A DNA stretch of 63,240 nt, filler included, from Licmophora abbreviata (taxonomy: Eukaryota), in NCBI GenBank assembly GCA_900291995.1. It is 15 parts of 15 records of this genome, joined end to end, with 100 filler letters (N's around TTAATTAATTAA, not from the genome) between each part and the next. Parts side by side here need not be neighbours in the genome. Positions count along the whole stretch, not along the records: positions 9,336 to 24,341 come from OLMU01002720.1; 14 more parts are not named here. The stretch is one strand, 5' to 3'. Shown here piece after piece: positions 10,606 through 22,877 of this stretch (positions within the stretch are counted from its first letter, which is position 1; every line of letters begins with the position of its first letter). The notes beneath the pieces are model-generated. The model ran no database searches, was not told the DNA's origin, and saw only the letters and a program-made list of their open reading frames with translations. Position numbers and translations under genes: made by a program.

Positions 10606-13600
10606 ATGTCGTCGGGGGGAAGTTCTGGAAGAGCGAGTGGACGGGGCGGGCCAAAGGGCAACCGAAGCAAAGCAGGCCGCGGTACCGGTGCAGGTCGCGG
10701 CGGTGGACGGGGCTCGGGCAAGTCGAACAGCGGTGTTACTTCCCAGATGGCCTCCATGTCGATCCAGGACTCTACGGCGTCCAGATCGAAGCAGAGCAAG
10801 AAGCGTGGAAATGGGGGGCGACGTCGCGGAGGCGAAGAAAAGAAGAAATCCGAACAGAATGATCCTCCCCCTTATTCGGAAGAAGACGTTGCAAGGATGG
10901 AGAAAGAAGCGCAGGAAGATGCCGCTAAGAATGAAGAGCGCAAGCGTCAGGAAGCCGAAACGAAGCGTCTTGAGCAGGAAAAGAAGTCCACCGAGGCTGC
11001 CAAGTTGGCCCGTGAAAGGCAGGTAGCTGAGCTGCAAACGAAAACCCAGAACGCTTTGGAGTTACTCGAATCGCTCGTGCAGACGACACAACAACGCAGA
11101 GAAGCTCGAGAATTGTTTGCCGCAGAATCTCTTGTGCAGGCACGAAAGAAATTTGAAGCAGGAAAGAAATCGCTCAAGTCGGATTTGAAGAAGTGTACAG
11201 CGTTTGTCAAGAAGGTCAAGAGCGGTTCGACATGGTCCATGCGGCCGCACGAACTCACTCGCGATATTGCGACTCTCAATTTGTCTCGCTATGTCGACGA
11301 GGTAGCCGCTGCTGTCACAGAGAGCAAATGGAAAGTAGCAGACTTGCCTCTGGTCGTCGTACTGTGTCGTGCAATGCATGAGCGATACGCGGAGTTCTTA
11401 TCGACGCTCATTCCTTCATTGTGGTCCACAATTCAAGGCAAGGTCACGGAGGAGACGGCTAAGCTCCGTCGGCTCTATGTGCGCCTGATCACAGAGTTTG
11501 TATTGAATGGGATGGGCTCCGAAACGAAACCGCTGGTCAAAGCTGTGGCGGAGGCGGCTGGTGGGAATGATGGCACGTACTCAGTTTCCGATGCGAATTT
11601 AGTAGTATCCTTCGTCAAGGCAGGCGGCTTTGAGATTATCGGGACGAAACCAACCTCCATTCAGAATGAAATCAGTTTTCTTACTCGAGAAGTGGAAAGG
11701 TTCAATGCTCAAGAGACTGGAGAAAGCGCTGGAGATAACACGACAAAACCGAGCTCGGAGACTCCGGTCGTCATTTCCAGTGCGTTGCATGAACGAGCGT
11801 CGGAAATCTTGTCGCATGTGGATGAAGCTCTCGAGGCCCGCGCCGTCGGACCCAAAGTCGTGGAGGTCCTTCATGCGCACTGTTTAGGCGCCTACGGGAC
11901 ACTGGCGAACTCCTTGGTGGTTACTCATGGGAAGCTACAGAAACTTGAGAAGCGTTGCGAGCAGGATCGTCTCTTGTCCGGGTCTCTGTCTGAAGCACGC
12001 GAAAAGGGGCTGACGGACGCGCGCAAATTGCTGGATTCTCTTCTCAAGAGCGTCGAGTTTCTAGCTGATGCATTGGCACTACCCATGCCAGAGCTACATG
12101 AGGAGAAAGAAGATGACGTCGGCGATAAAGGTGTTGGGCTCGAGCTGTGGACCAAAGAGGAGGGAGGCGAAGGAACTGCTGACCTTGGACCATTCGACGA
12201 CGAGGAGACTCGAGCTTTTTACTGTGATATTCCAGACCTCTTGTCAACCATCCCACCGGCTCTGTTGGGAATGACGCCGGAAGCGATCGATGAGAAATGC
12301 GCGGAAAATTCTCGGAAATATGGCGCTAGAGCTGACGAGTCGCAAGGAGAGATGGAGGAGGCCGATAGCGCAGAAGTGACTCCGTCGTCAGAGGCAGACC
12401 TGGAGGCTGACGAGGTGGAAGAGACCACCGGAATCGAAGACGAGGGTGAAAACGAAGGAGGTGAATATTTCAAAAGTCTGTGTCGATAATGTCAGAGCTG
12501 CTTCGCTGTCTCTAACTTCCTATGTTCGCCTCCCGCCACCGTCGATGTAGACGAAGACGCCAAAGATACCCCGCACTACAGGCTTATGGTACTACTTGAA
12601 TCGGAACTTCCGGAGTGCAGTCGACGCGAACAGGTGGATGAGATTGCCGAGAAGTTTTGCGTTAATCATGGGTCTTCCAAGGGCGCTAGGAAGCGTCTCA
12701 CCAGGACACTATTCATGGTTCCCCGTACTCGCTTGGACTTGCTGCCTTTCTATTCGCGGCTGGCTGCAATCATTGATAGAATCTTTGCTGATATAACCCC
12801 TCCGCTCGTTCAAGATCTGGAACAGCAGTTTCATGGGCAAGCAAAATTCAAGAAGAATCAGAATGTTGAGAGCAGGCTAAGAACGGCTAGATTTCTTGGT
12901 GAGCTTACCAAGTTCCGTATCGCGCCGCCAATTGTATCGCTTCGATGCATGCGACGATGCCTGGATGATTTTAGTGGATGCAATATTGACGTTGCATGCT
13001 GCCTACTCGAATCTTGTGGTCGATACCTCTTCAGAGCCCCGCACACGACTGCGCGAATCACCGCACTAATGGACACGATAACAAGAATGAGCAAAGCAAG
13101 GGTAAGACAAACGCACGATTGTATGGTCTGTAATTTACTGTCTCTGTCCACTGACGCCCGTGATGACCACAATCTATCGTCGGTTCTGCAGAATCTAGAT
13201 GAAAGAGCGAAAGCGCTAATCAATTCCGCTATGTATAGTGTCAAACCTCCGCCAGCTGGACCGCGCAGGCAAGCGAAGGTATACCCTCCGCTGGAAGCTT
13301 ATCTGCGTAATCTGCTCCTCGTTCGGCTCGTCCCGGAGGCGAATAGTATCGCCTTTGTCACGAAGCAGCTGTTGCGACTCCCTTGGGACGATCCATCGCG
13401 GCAGTGCGGCTCGCTGATTTGCAAGTACATGATGAAAGCATGTCGAAAAGGCCGATACAAAGCTATTACAGCCGTTGCTGCTGTGGCTGCAAACCTGCGA
13501 CGTTCCAAGCCCGAGGTCGCGGCTCGGCTGATGGATAACGTGCTGGAAGAGTTGCGATGGTCCCTTGAGCATCCAGACTTTCGTGACCAGCAGCGAAGTA

Positions 13601-15249
13601 TTACGTATGCCAAGTTGCTGGGTGAGCTTTATTGCTGCAACGTTGCTTCGGGACAGCTTATCTTTCAACAACTGTCTGAATTTATCGACATCGGACACGA
13701 AATTCCGGTGGCCTTGCGCGAAGCAAGTGAGAAGATCGGGGTAGAGGATGCAGGGAGTCAAGGGCTGTCGAATCTCCCAGTTTATGATTCCTCCAAGAAG
13801 GGAATTTCTCGAGCTATACAGGAAGACGAAGAGCTGAACGATGACGGTTCAGAATTGGTCGAAGAAGAGCCCGAGCCACTCGAGCAGATAGTGGCAGTCT
13901 CTATCCATTCCAAGTACGACCCTCGAGTGCTCACACCGGCAGATCCACCCAACGCGGTCCTGCGTATTCAGCTTGTGTGTACGCTTCTTGAAAGTGGATC
14001 GAAGTTACTCGTGTCCAAAAGGAATCTTTTCGATCTTGAAAAGTTCCTGGTATCATTCCAGCGATATCTTTTCACGAAAGCGTCCCTCCCAACGGAGGTT
14101 GAGTTTGCTTTGCTTGATACATTCGACGCAATGGATTCGCGCTGGAAATCCGCCGCCCGTGGAGATTCTGGGATGGACGGCAAAGCGGTGATTGGCTTTC
14201 CGCGGTACACAACGTGGCTGGAAGCCCACAACGCGACAGTAGCTTTTGAACAAATGGATGCTCACACCAAAGTAAAAGCTCAAGTCCGTCTCCAAGCGCT
14301 TGCAGGCTTCCCTCGAAGCGCCGATGCAACCGATGGCATCACAGGAAACGAAAGTCTGATCGATGACGACGTTGACTCTGCCGGAATGAGCTTGGAGGAT
14401 GACGAAGAGTCGATGGAAGATCAGCTTTCTTTGAGCGCGACAGACACTCTAAGCGACGAAGAGGCCGATGACATGGGGGAAAGTGGGTCCATGTCGGAAG
14501 AAATGTCGCAAGTCGATGAAGTAGTGAGTGATGAGGAGAGTTCTGATGGCTCTGATGAGACGGACGATGATCTGAACTCTTCAGGCGAGGAGGAGATGGA
14601 TGAAGATGCGTTGATGCGACAGCTTGAAGAAGAAGCTTTCGAGCGAGAGCTTCGGCGCATGACTATGGAAGCGCTTGAAAAGGGAAAGACCACGGCTGGA
14701 CGGCAAGTCGCTGTCGTTATGCCTTCCGGATCTCAGTTCATACCAAAGAAGGCGCAGGACCCGAAGCAGGATACGCACGGAGCTCCGATGGCGCTGGGTG
14801 GAAAGCAGGGCGTTGCGTTTCAGCTTCTCAAGAAAGGGAACAAAGGAAAGATGGAGGCCAAGACGCTGGTTGTCCCATCGGATACCAATCTTGCGAAAGT
14901 TGCTACGAGGCAGGACGACGAAGCTGCCCGTGAGCGTGACCTTCTCAAGGCCCGCGTTCTTCAGTACGAAGCAGAGAGCGCAGGGCAGGAGGGCACAGGG
15001 GGCAACGTTTACCTTGAACAGAGCAAGCTTCAGGTCATTCGGAATCGTCCTCTTTCGATGGAAGAAATTGACCGGAACTTTGGGAGCACACGCGGCGAAA
15101 ATCCGGGAAGCGCGGGCAATCGCCCAGGCGTATCCGTAACTGGAAACAAACCACGATCTCAACAAGGGTCTGTTGGTAGAGGGCGTGGAAGAGGTCGTAG
15201 CTCCGGCCGAGGACGAGGCCGAAGTGGGGGCGGGAGGAGTCTCGTGTAG
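10606..15249 (+). CDS. UPF2: Nonsense-mediated decay factor UPF2; introns 12461-12550 and 13102-13191
   Basis: MIF4G-type segments (LKSDLKKCTAFVKK, PFDDEETRAFY, RLDLLPFYSRLAA, RFLGELTKF, LLESCGRYL, YAKLLGELY, DPPNAVLRIQLVCTLL), acidic tract, C-terminal VAFQLLKKGNKGK region. Both GT-AG introns keep the frame. Confidence 0.92.
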
Positions 15250-15886
15250 GAGGGGTCGAGTCGTATCATGTGTTCTCGTACGGAAAGCTGAGATGAGCGT
15301 TCAAGCTGGGTAGCAGCGCCGCGCGGCTCCTGTGTACGCGAGAGTTTCACCCGTTTCCAACACTCGGTTTCTGGGATTTTTTCCAAGCAGCGGTGATGCG
15401 GACGTGGTATGATACTCTGATTCGCTTGCGAATTGTGCGATCAATAGGTGACCTGACTTTTGCACTTCCAAGAGTCAATGCCCGTCGAGATTTCGCTGGG
15501 ACAGTCCCGAGTAGATTTTGTCAAGATATCGCAGGGACAACAGCCTACTGGTACCAGTACGTGTCAATAAATATTCAATGTACCGGTACCAGGTACTGGT
15601 ATCATCCGTCCAACGTGTGCCTGGTTTGATAATAGGATTATCGATCGTCTCTATCTTGTACTGTATTCGTACTTCGCCGTAACATTTCGACAGGTTGTCC
15701 CGAGCTGACGACGGCAGCAGATTTTGACCTCCGGGTGCCTATCACACTTTACATGCTGTATACCGCGGTAGCGCACGTGTAGATATTATAAAATCAAAAA
15801 TCAATACTACCGTAGTATGGGTTTGGAGATTTCGACCATGATGGCTTCTCAGACGGCGAAGGACGAAGAACCACGCTTTGCTTAAA

Positions 15887-18800
15887 ATGACAACGCATCC
15901 TTTCGATGCAGAAGAAGACTGCGAGAGAAATGGAGTGCCGCTCTTTTCGATTCTCAACGTCGTTGTGGACCACATCATGGTTCCTCCTTCTCCGCTCGAG
16001 AGCGTCGAGTTCCAAGTGAAACATCATTGCTCCTCTTCCGAGAAGGACAAGCTGAACAATGTTCGGGTTCCCGTCCTGCGGATATTTGGCCCAATAGTTC
16101 GACGGGACATCGGAGGAATAACCGTACCCCAGCAATCTGCTTGTCTATATATTCACGGAGCTTTTCCGTATCTTCTGGCCCGTCCAGTTGTTGCGGGACC
16201 TGACGGATCCATTCATCACTCATCTCATCTCAAGGCCTGCGGAAAGCTCAATTCATCTGCTCAGGTGGACTGGGATAGTGTTGAAAGCGTCAAGCAGATC
16301 CTGTCGGAGATCCAAGCGACACTCGAAGCAGCGTTGCAGTCGTCTGTGCAGCAGTCTGATGTGTCGGCGCAACCATCTCCTCCCTTCATTCGCCGCATTA
16401 CCGTCGTCGTGGGCCGAGGATTCTATACATACAGTCCTGGACCACCAGCACCTTTTCTCAAGGTCCAATATTACCATCCTAAGCATCGATGGCGAGTCAA
16501 AATGATGTTGGAGCGAGGACTAGACATTCCACTTCGATGCCATCCCGATCCGCGACAGTACAACGCGACGCTGACTCCTCCGACAGAGACTGAACTGGGC
16601 ATGGAGGCACTCTCCTTCAACTGCTATGAAGGTCATATTCCCTACACAATGCAGTTTTTTAAGGATTTCAATTTAGCGGGAATGTCCTACATTCATATCT
16701 CGGACGGGAGGTTCCGGTCAAAGCTTCCTACGCAAATGCGGCAGAAGTCAGCTGTGCAGGAGTCGTCGGCTGCGGGCGCGCTCTTTCTGCAGTCCAACAC
16801 GCCCGCCAAGTACCTCTGGTCAGCATCGGCCGAACCACTCAATGAACAGTTTCGCCTTTCAGAGAACTCAGAGCTGGGGAATATTGGCTCCTTGGAACAG
16901 CCTTCGTTGCATGATACGCCCAACTCTGTTCAACCGAAACCAGACGTGACGAGAATCGTGGTGGATGAGAATCTTCCTACCGACACTGAAGCATTCTGGA
17001 CGGAGCGCGAGACAAGCTGTGATTTGGAAATCGATACGACAATCGAGCAGATTCTCAATGTACGTACCGTCATGAAGACTCTCCCGGCTGACGAAGAGGA
17101 AAGATTGCAGATACACTGGAGAGCTGTGCCGTCATTGCGGGAAATCTGGCTTCAAGAACGGCGTCGTATGGCGAAGCTTTTACAACCGCAAGACGATATC
17201 ATTACGCAGATGACACAGAACCAAAATACTTCTTTTACGCTGAGCGTGAGGAAAGGCGAATCTATATCCGGGGCGAAGCTTGCGGCCTTGGGGATGAAAC
17301 GCCTCTTTCGTCTCAGCAATGGACTCTCAGGGGAGTTCGACCGATGCTTGAAACAGATTATTCTACGTCACACGCTGTCGGTCAGTAAAGTCGATCGATT
17401 GCTGTTGACGAAGCAACAGCAATCTCCTTCAGTCTCTGGAACTGTTAACAGTCCGTCGCAATCGGCGGAGTCGGTCGACTCGGCCGTTGAAGCCCTTGGT
17501 GCACTACGGTCGCAGTTCAACGAAATAGGCGACAACGCAGAATATCAGGCTTCATTCCGGTGTAGCCCTGTGAGTCAATCCGATTGTTCAAGAACAGTAT
17601 TCCGCAGTTTTCACAGTACACCAGACGGTCTTCTTTCGTCACAGGCATGTGCCACACAGGACCCGTTAGAGTTTAGCCAGCGCGTGGACCGGGGCGACAG
17701 CGTCCTAGAAGGGTGGTCTCCCGATGCCGATGAGACTATCGATCCATACACTCTCACTCCTTACGAAGATGAAGAGGATGATGACTACCTTGCCGAAGAG
17801 TGTGAGATGAGCGAAGGAGATGTGGAACAGGTGCTCTCATGCTTGGCTACCCAGCTGACATCAAGAGATGATGACTGTGAACCGCCGCTATTGGGCCGTG
17901 ATGCTTCGTTTGCATCAGACTCGGATGAATCACTACACACGATGACGGGTGATCATGATGAAATAGAAGGGAGAGAATACGGTACATCTCGTATCCTCGA
18001 TGCTAGCCTCCCATGTCAACAAATCAAAGGCAATAGCACTAGCTTGCAATCTGACGTGTCGCTGAGTGAGACAATATCGGAGCTGAACAGGATAGCAGGA
18101 CCCCCTTCGGCGAAAGTCTTTATTCGAAACAAGGAGTCTCATGTGCGCCTCCATTCGCTGCAAACCGATGGACGACCTGTGCCTTGGCTCGTCCTGTCTG
18201 CGAGGTATGACCAAGTCTGGAAAGGGAAACGAGATAGTCAGGCTTTCAATGCCATTTCGACCTCGCTCTCTTCTTGGGGGCGCTTTTCCGAACCAGTTCG
18301 AGGGCCACCACTTCGAAGGCAAGTAGAACAGTGGTCAAGAAGGGTTCTGCGCCGTGAACAGCCGCCATGCGACCGATCCTCCAAGAAGCGATGCATTGTG
18401 AACTCTGAAAAGAAATCAGCGTTGATGTCGTCGACACTAGAGATAGATGGAAACTCAAGGAAAATAACGACAATCCCAAAACAGCCGAAGAGGCAGCGGC
18501 GCGTGGAGTTTGCAGAGACGATAGAGAGCAGTACGTCAAGTGTAATTCAAGAGATTGAGAACGCAGACTTCGGTCCGAGTCAGCAGAGTCAGATCTTTTC
18601 CATGTCACCTTCGCAGTCTGAGGAGCGAACAGAAAATTTTGATGATCTCCGCATTACGCCATCGAAGGTGGAGTCTGCTTCATCACTAGACTACACATCC
18701 GTTGAAGTGATAAAAGGGATGAGAGACGAAGCATGTGGATCCCTATCGGAAACGTCCGGCTCTGGATCGCGGAGTTATTCGCAAAACAGCGATAGAGCAT

Positions 18801-21800
18801 TGAAAGGAATAGGACAACAGGGAGGGAAAATATATATTGAAGGCGGAGGTGGACTGAAGGCCAAGACGCGAGGTTCGCAGCTCGCCGCTGGCGCGCACGT
18901 GGAGACATCCCAGGCGGCGCCTCTTGAAATTCCTTCTCCGATTACAATGATGAGTGTTGAGATTCATGTACAGTGTAGGAGTGGGAGAGCAGGAAGTATC
19001 GATGCGAAAGAGATTGCTATGAAGCCCGATTATAAGAAAGATGAGGTTTTCGCAGTTGTTTATGTATTCGCTTGCGACCCTGGTGGAGGAGAGCAAATCC
19101 AAATTATCGAGCGGGGGTGCTTGTTCGTGCCGAACGAGTCAGAGAGAGTATGGGACCAACCGGCTGAATCAGATTTGAACAATTCGCTACGTGTATACGG
19201 CAAGCGGGTGAGTTCAGCGCTAGGATTGGAAGCGACCCGCTCTCCGTTGATTATCGAGCCTCTGAGGGACGAAAAGAAACTGATTTTAAGAGTGGCCTCC
19301 GTGGTTCGGCTCAAGGATCCAGACATGTTGCTATCTTGGGATACTCAGGGAGCTGGTATCGGGTACTTGGTTGAACGAGGATCCGAGCTTGGGATCGACT
19401 TGGCTCGACTGTTTGGAAGAATCCCTCGAGCTAGCAGGTTTGACGATGACAGTGGCACGAGAGGCTCGCTGGGCTATCCGACTTCGTCCACGATGGAGAG
19501 GGGGACCAAAACTGGACAAGGTGCGAACGATGCTGCTAAATCCAGGGTATCTGAATGGCAAGGTAGTGGTCTAGGTAGCGAATGGGATGACCGCGTCGGC
19601 GCCGGAGCCGCCGCTGCATCGATTGTGAGTACGGGTGCTGGTTGCTGCTGGAATATCCAATTTCTTGTTTCGTCGTTCTCTTACGAATATTGCTTGAACG
19701 GCCATCAGTTTGGTCGCCTTGTGTTTGCTGGATGGAAGGTCGTTGGTGAAGAAGTGAAACATCCAAATGCTTCATATCTGCCTGCGATGGTGTCTACTGT
19801 TTTGAACAAGCGAATTCCCTTTCATGACGATTTGACATTGACTCGATGGTATGGATACGATTCAGGTCGAGAACGATGGAGAGTTCTCCATTATCGTCTG
19901 CAGCAGGCGCAAGCATGTATTCTCATGTTCGACGCGTTAGATATTGTTGGACGGGCAGGAGAAGCCGCGCGACTGAGTGGGGTTGAGTTTTCGCAGAGCT
20001 TTCCCGGGATTCGCGGGTCACAGTACAAAGTCGAAGGTGTTCTTCTGCGTGCTTTGCAGAGCCTCAACTCGGACGAACGAGGTGCAAAGAGGGGTCGACA
20101 GAAAGTCAATCTATCCTCCGAGGACAGGGAGCTTGCGATCGACCCGACCTCTTCCAGCTTAAGCAGCGAATCCAAGTCTGAGTCCCAAAGCCCTTTCAGG
20201 GTCCGAAGGAAGCTGAAGACTAGTCTTACGGAATGGAGTCACATGTCGGAAGCGAGACAGTACTTCTTTTTCTCGCCGTCCAATCAGGATTGTACTCGAC
20301 AGGAAGCCCTCGAAGCACAAGCGTTAACGCTCGAGCCAAAGTCTGGATTTCAGCACGACCCTGTCGTTGTTTGCGACTTTACAGCGCTGTACCCGTCGTT
20401 GGTGATAGCCTACAATCTTTGTTACTCTACTTGCGCTGGAAAGCTGGAGTATCACAGTACCCGACAGGAAATGCGAGAAGAGGGGAAAACGACAGGAAAG
20501 CTCGGGCCATTCCAGTATACTGAGAGTCGTACAGCTACGATTCTACAACACCATGTGAAGAGTCTGTTCACCTCGGATCAACACGATGGTGAACATGCCA
20601 GTGATCGTGCGTACGCTGCCCCCACTGGATCGATTTACGTTGGCGAGGCTGTGCTCAAAGGCGTTCTTCCGCAGGTGCTTGACGAAATCTTGAGAACTCG
20701 AGCAATGTTGAAGAAGGCTGGGAGGCAGTACAAGGCACTTGTGCCTGGGCTTTCGTCAGCCGTTTTGCGACAGCTTGAAGCTCGTCAACTCGCTCTCAAA
20801 TACGTCGCGAATGTGACCTATGGTATGTCCTGCTTTGTTGAAAAGCGATGGCGATAACAGAAGAGAGCTGCCCGATTTCCGATTGCTCACTGTTTTATGT
20901 ATACGTGCCACTACTGTAGGATATACATCTGCGACTTTTTCAGGCCGATGTGCTATGCCGCTTTTGGCGGACACTATCGTGGAATGTGGCCGTCGAACGC
21001 TTAGTAACGCTATTGCACTTGCAAATGACTGGGGTCGAGACAAGAATGGAAAGTGGTGTGGCGCTGAAGTAATCTACGGTGACACCGACTCTTTGTTTGT
21101 CAAACTACCCGGTCGTTCTGTCGCCGAGGCCTTTGAGTTCGGAGAGGTGTTCTGCAAGGCTGTGACGGCCTCGAATCCACCTCCTATCCAGCTGAAACTG
21201 GAGAAGGTGTATCATGGCTCGATGATGCAGACGGTACGTCATACACCCTCATTATCTCAAGCGCTTCCTCCAGTTGCCTGACTAGTGTGCGTACTGAAAA
21301 TCGTTTGGCACTTGTCAGAAAAAGAAGTACTGCGGAATGAAATATGAATCTGTAAATCAGAAGAAGCCAGAGTTTGAGGCCAAGGGCATTGAAACGATTC
21401 GAAGAGATCAGTGCGCGCTCACTCAAAAAGTGCTACGGAACGCTCTTATTACTCTATTTCGCAGTGGGATAGATGCGGTCAAGCCTTACCTGGAACGCCA
21501 GTGGAGTCTCATTCGCTCTGGACGACTGCCTGTTTCTGACTTCATCTTGACCGGAAGGGTGCGCAGTCGATATCGCGGGGGCAGAGTTGGACCAGTGCAG
21601 GCAGCGTTAGCGCGTCGCCTTGCCGAGGCAGACCCTGGCCGAGTTGTCCGCCACAAGGAGCGCCTAGCTTATGTGATCGTTGCAACGCCGGGCCAAAACT
21701 TTCGTTTAAGGGACTGCGTTCTGACACCGATGGAGTTACTAGAGCGATGGGATGCCTTTACCATACATTCTGCATACTACACAACGAAACACGTGAATGC

Positions 21801-22332
21801 TGCATTGCAGCGGTGCCTTGGTTTGGCTCCCTACAAGATTGACGTCAACATGTGGTATGAGATGTGCCCGAAGCCTAGATTACGCATTCATTTCTGTCCA
21901 GTCACACGAACAGGAACAGCCTCAATGATCTCCTCATTCTTTGGTTCCGATATTTGTTCTCTGTGTGGAAGAAAATGCGGAGCACAAGGTAGCGCTCGTG
22001 CGGTGGTCTGTAGTGCTTGCCAACGCGACCGAAGCAAGGCGGTACAGCTCGCGCTACGAGGCCTTCAGATGGCACAAGAAAAAGCGCATTCCGTGGCGAA
22101 GCTGTGCAGTGCCTGTAACCTGTGCTACGAGGATGCGAACACGTTTGGAGTAGAGAAACCTGCTATTATTGACAAGCGCGGGAAAGCAAGGGCAAACCCT
22201 GGAATATTCACTCCGATTGCAAATTGCACATGCATTGACTGTCCTAATACGTTCGAGCGAAGTCTCCTCCGAGACGCGGAACTGGAAGCCATTGCCGTGG
22301 CCAAGGCATTGGGATTGCTTTATAACGGCTAG
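15887..22332 (+). CDS. REV3: DNA polymerase zeta catalytic subunit; introns 19625-19708, 20823-20919, 21234-21318
   Basis: VPVLRIFG, CLYIHGAFPY, YEGHIPYTMQFFKDFNLAGM, RGSQYKVE, motif A DFTALYPS, spliced ANVTYGYTSATFSGR, YGDTDSLFV, spliced QTKKKYCG, AKGIETIRRD, C-terminal CxxC clusters. Confidence 0.93.
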
Positions 22333-22877
22333 TCGAGGCAAAACAAAACATCTCGTTGCTTGGCAAGTTTGCTAGCGCATCGACTCACCATCATCGTTTT
22401 GGACTCAGCAACTGTGAAAGACTGCAGAATTAATCGCTTGCTTCTTTGGCAGGGTCGCGTGGCACAGTTGAACTTCAAGACGAATGAAGTCCCTGCCTAT
22501 CTCATGTACCGTAGATGCAGTATCATCGAACTGCTCGGTTGCAGTGGTATGAGGGCAGTATCGCGGTACCGGTATTGATTGTTTTTGATTTCGATTCTGA
22601 TTGATTCAAGTTGGGGTTGGCTCGCGCGCACCTCCGTGAGAACCCGGAAAGCCGGATCGAAGTTGTTTTCCTCGAGCCCAAAAGTTTGAAAATGGCGACA
22701 GACTCGACTCTCATGAACATGACGAGCACGTCGCATCATTCTTGCTGTTTGCTGTTCTTGCGCGGTATCTTCGGCGCAATCGACCGGACCAGTAGCTTGA
22801 CTCTATCTCGTAGGTTCCCAAGAAAACTTAAGAGAGGCATCACTGCCTTGTAGAGAGCAGAAAGTTACTCGCGACCA

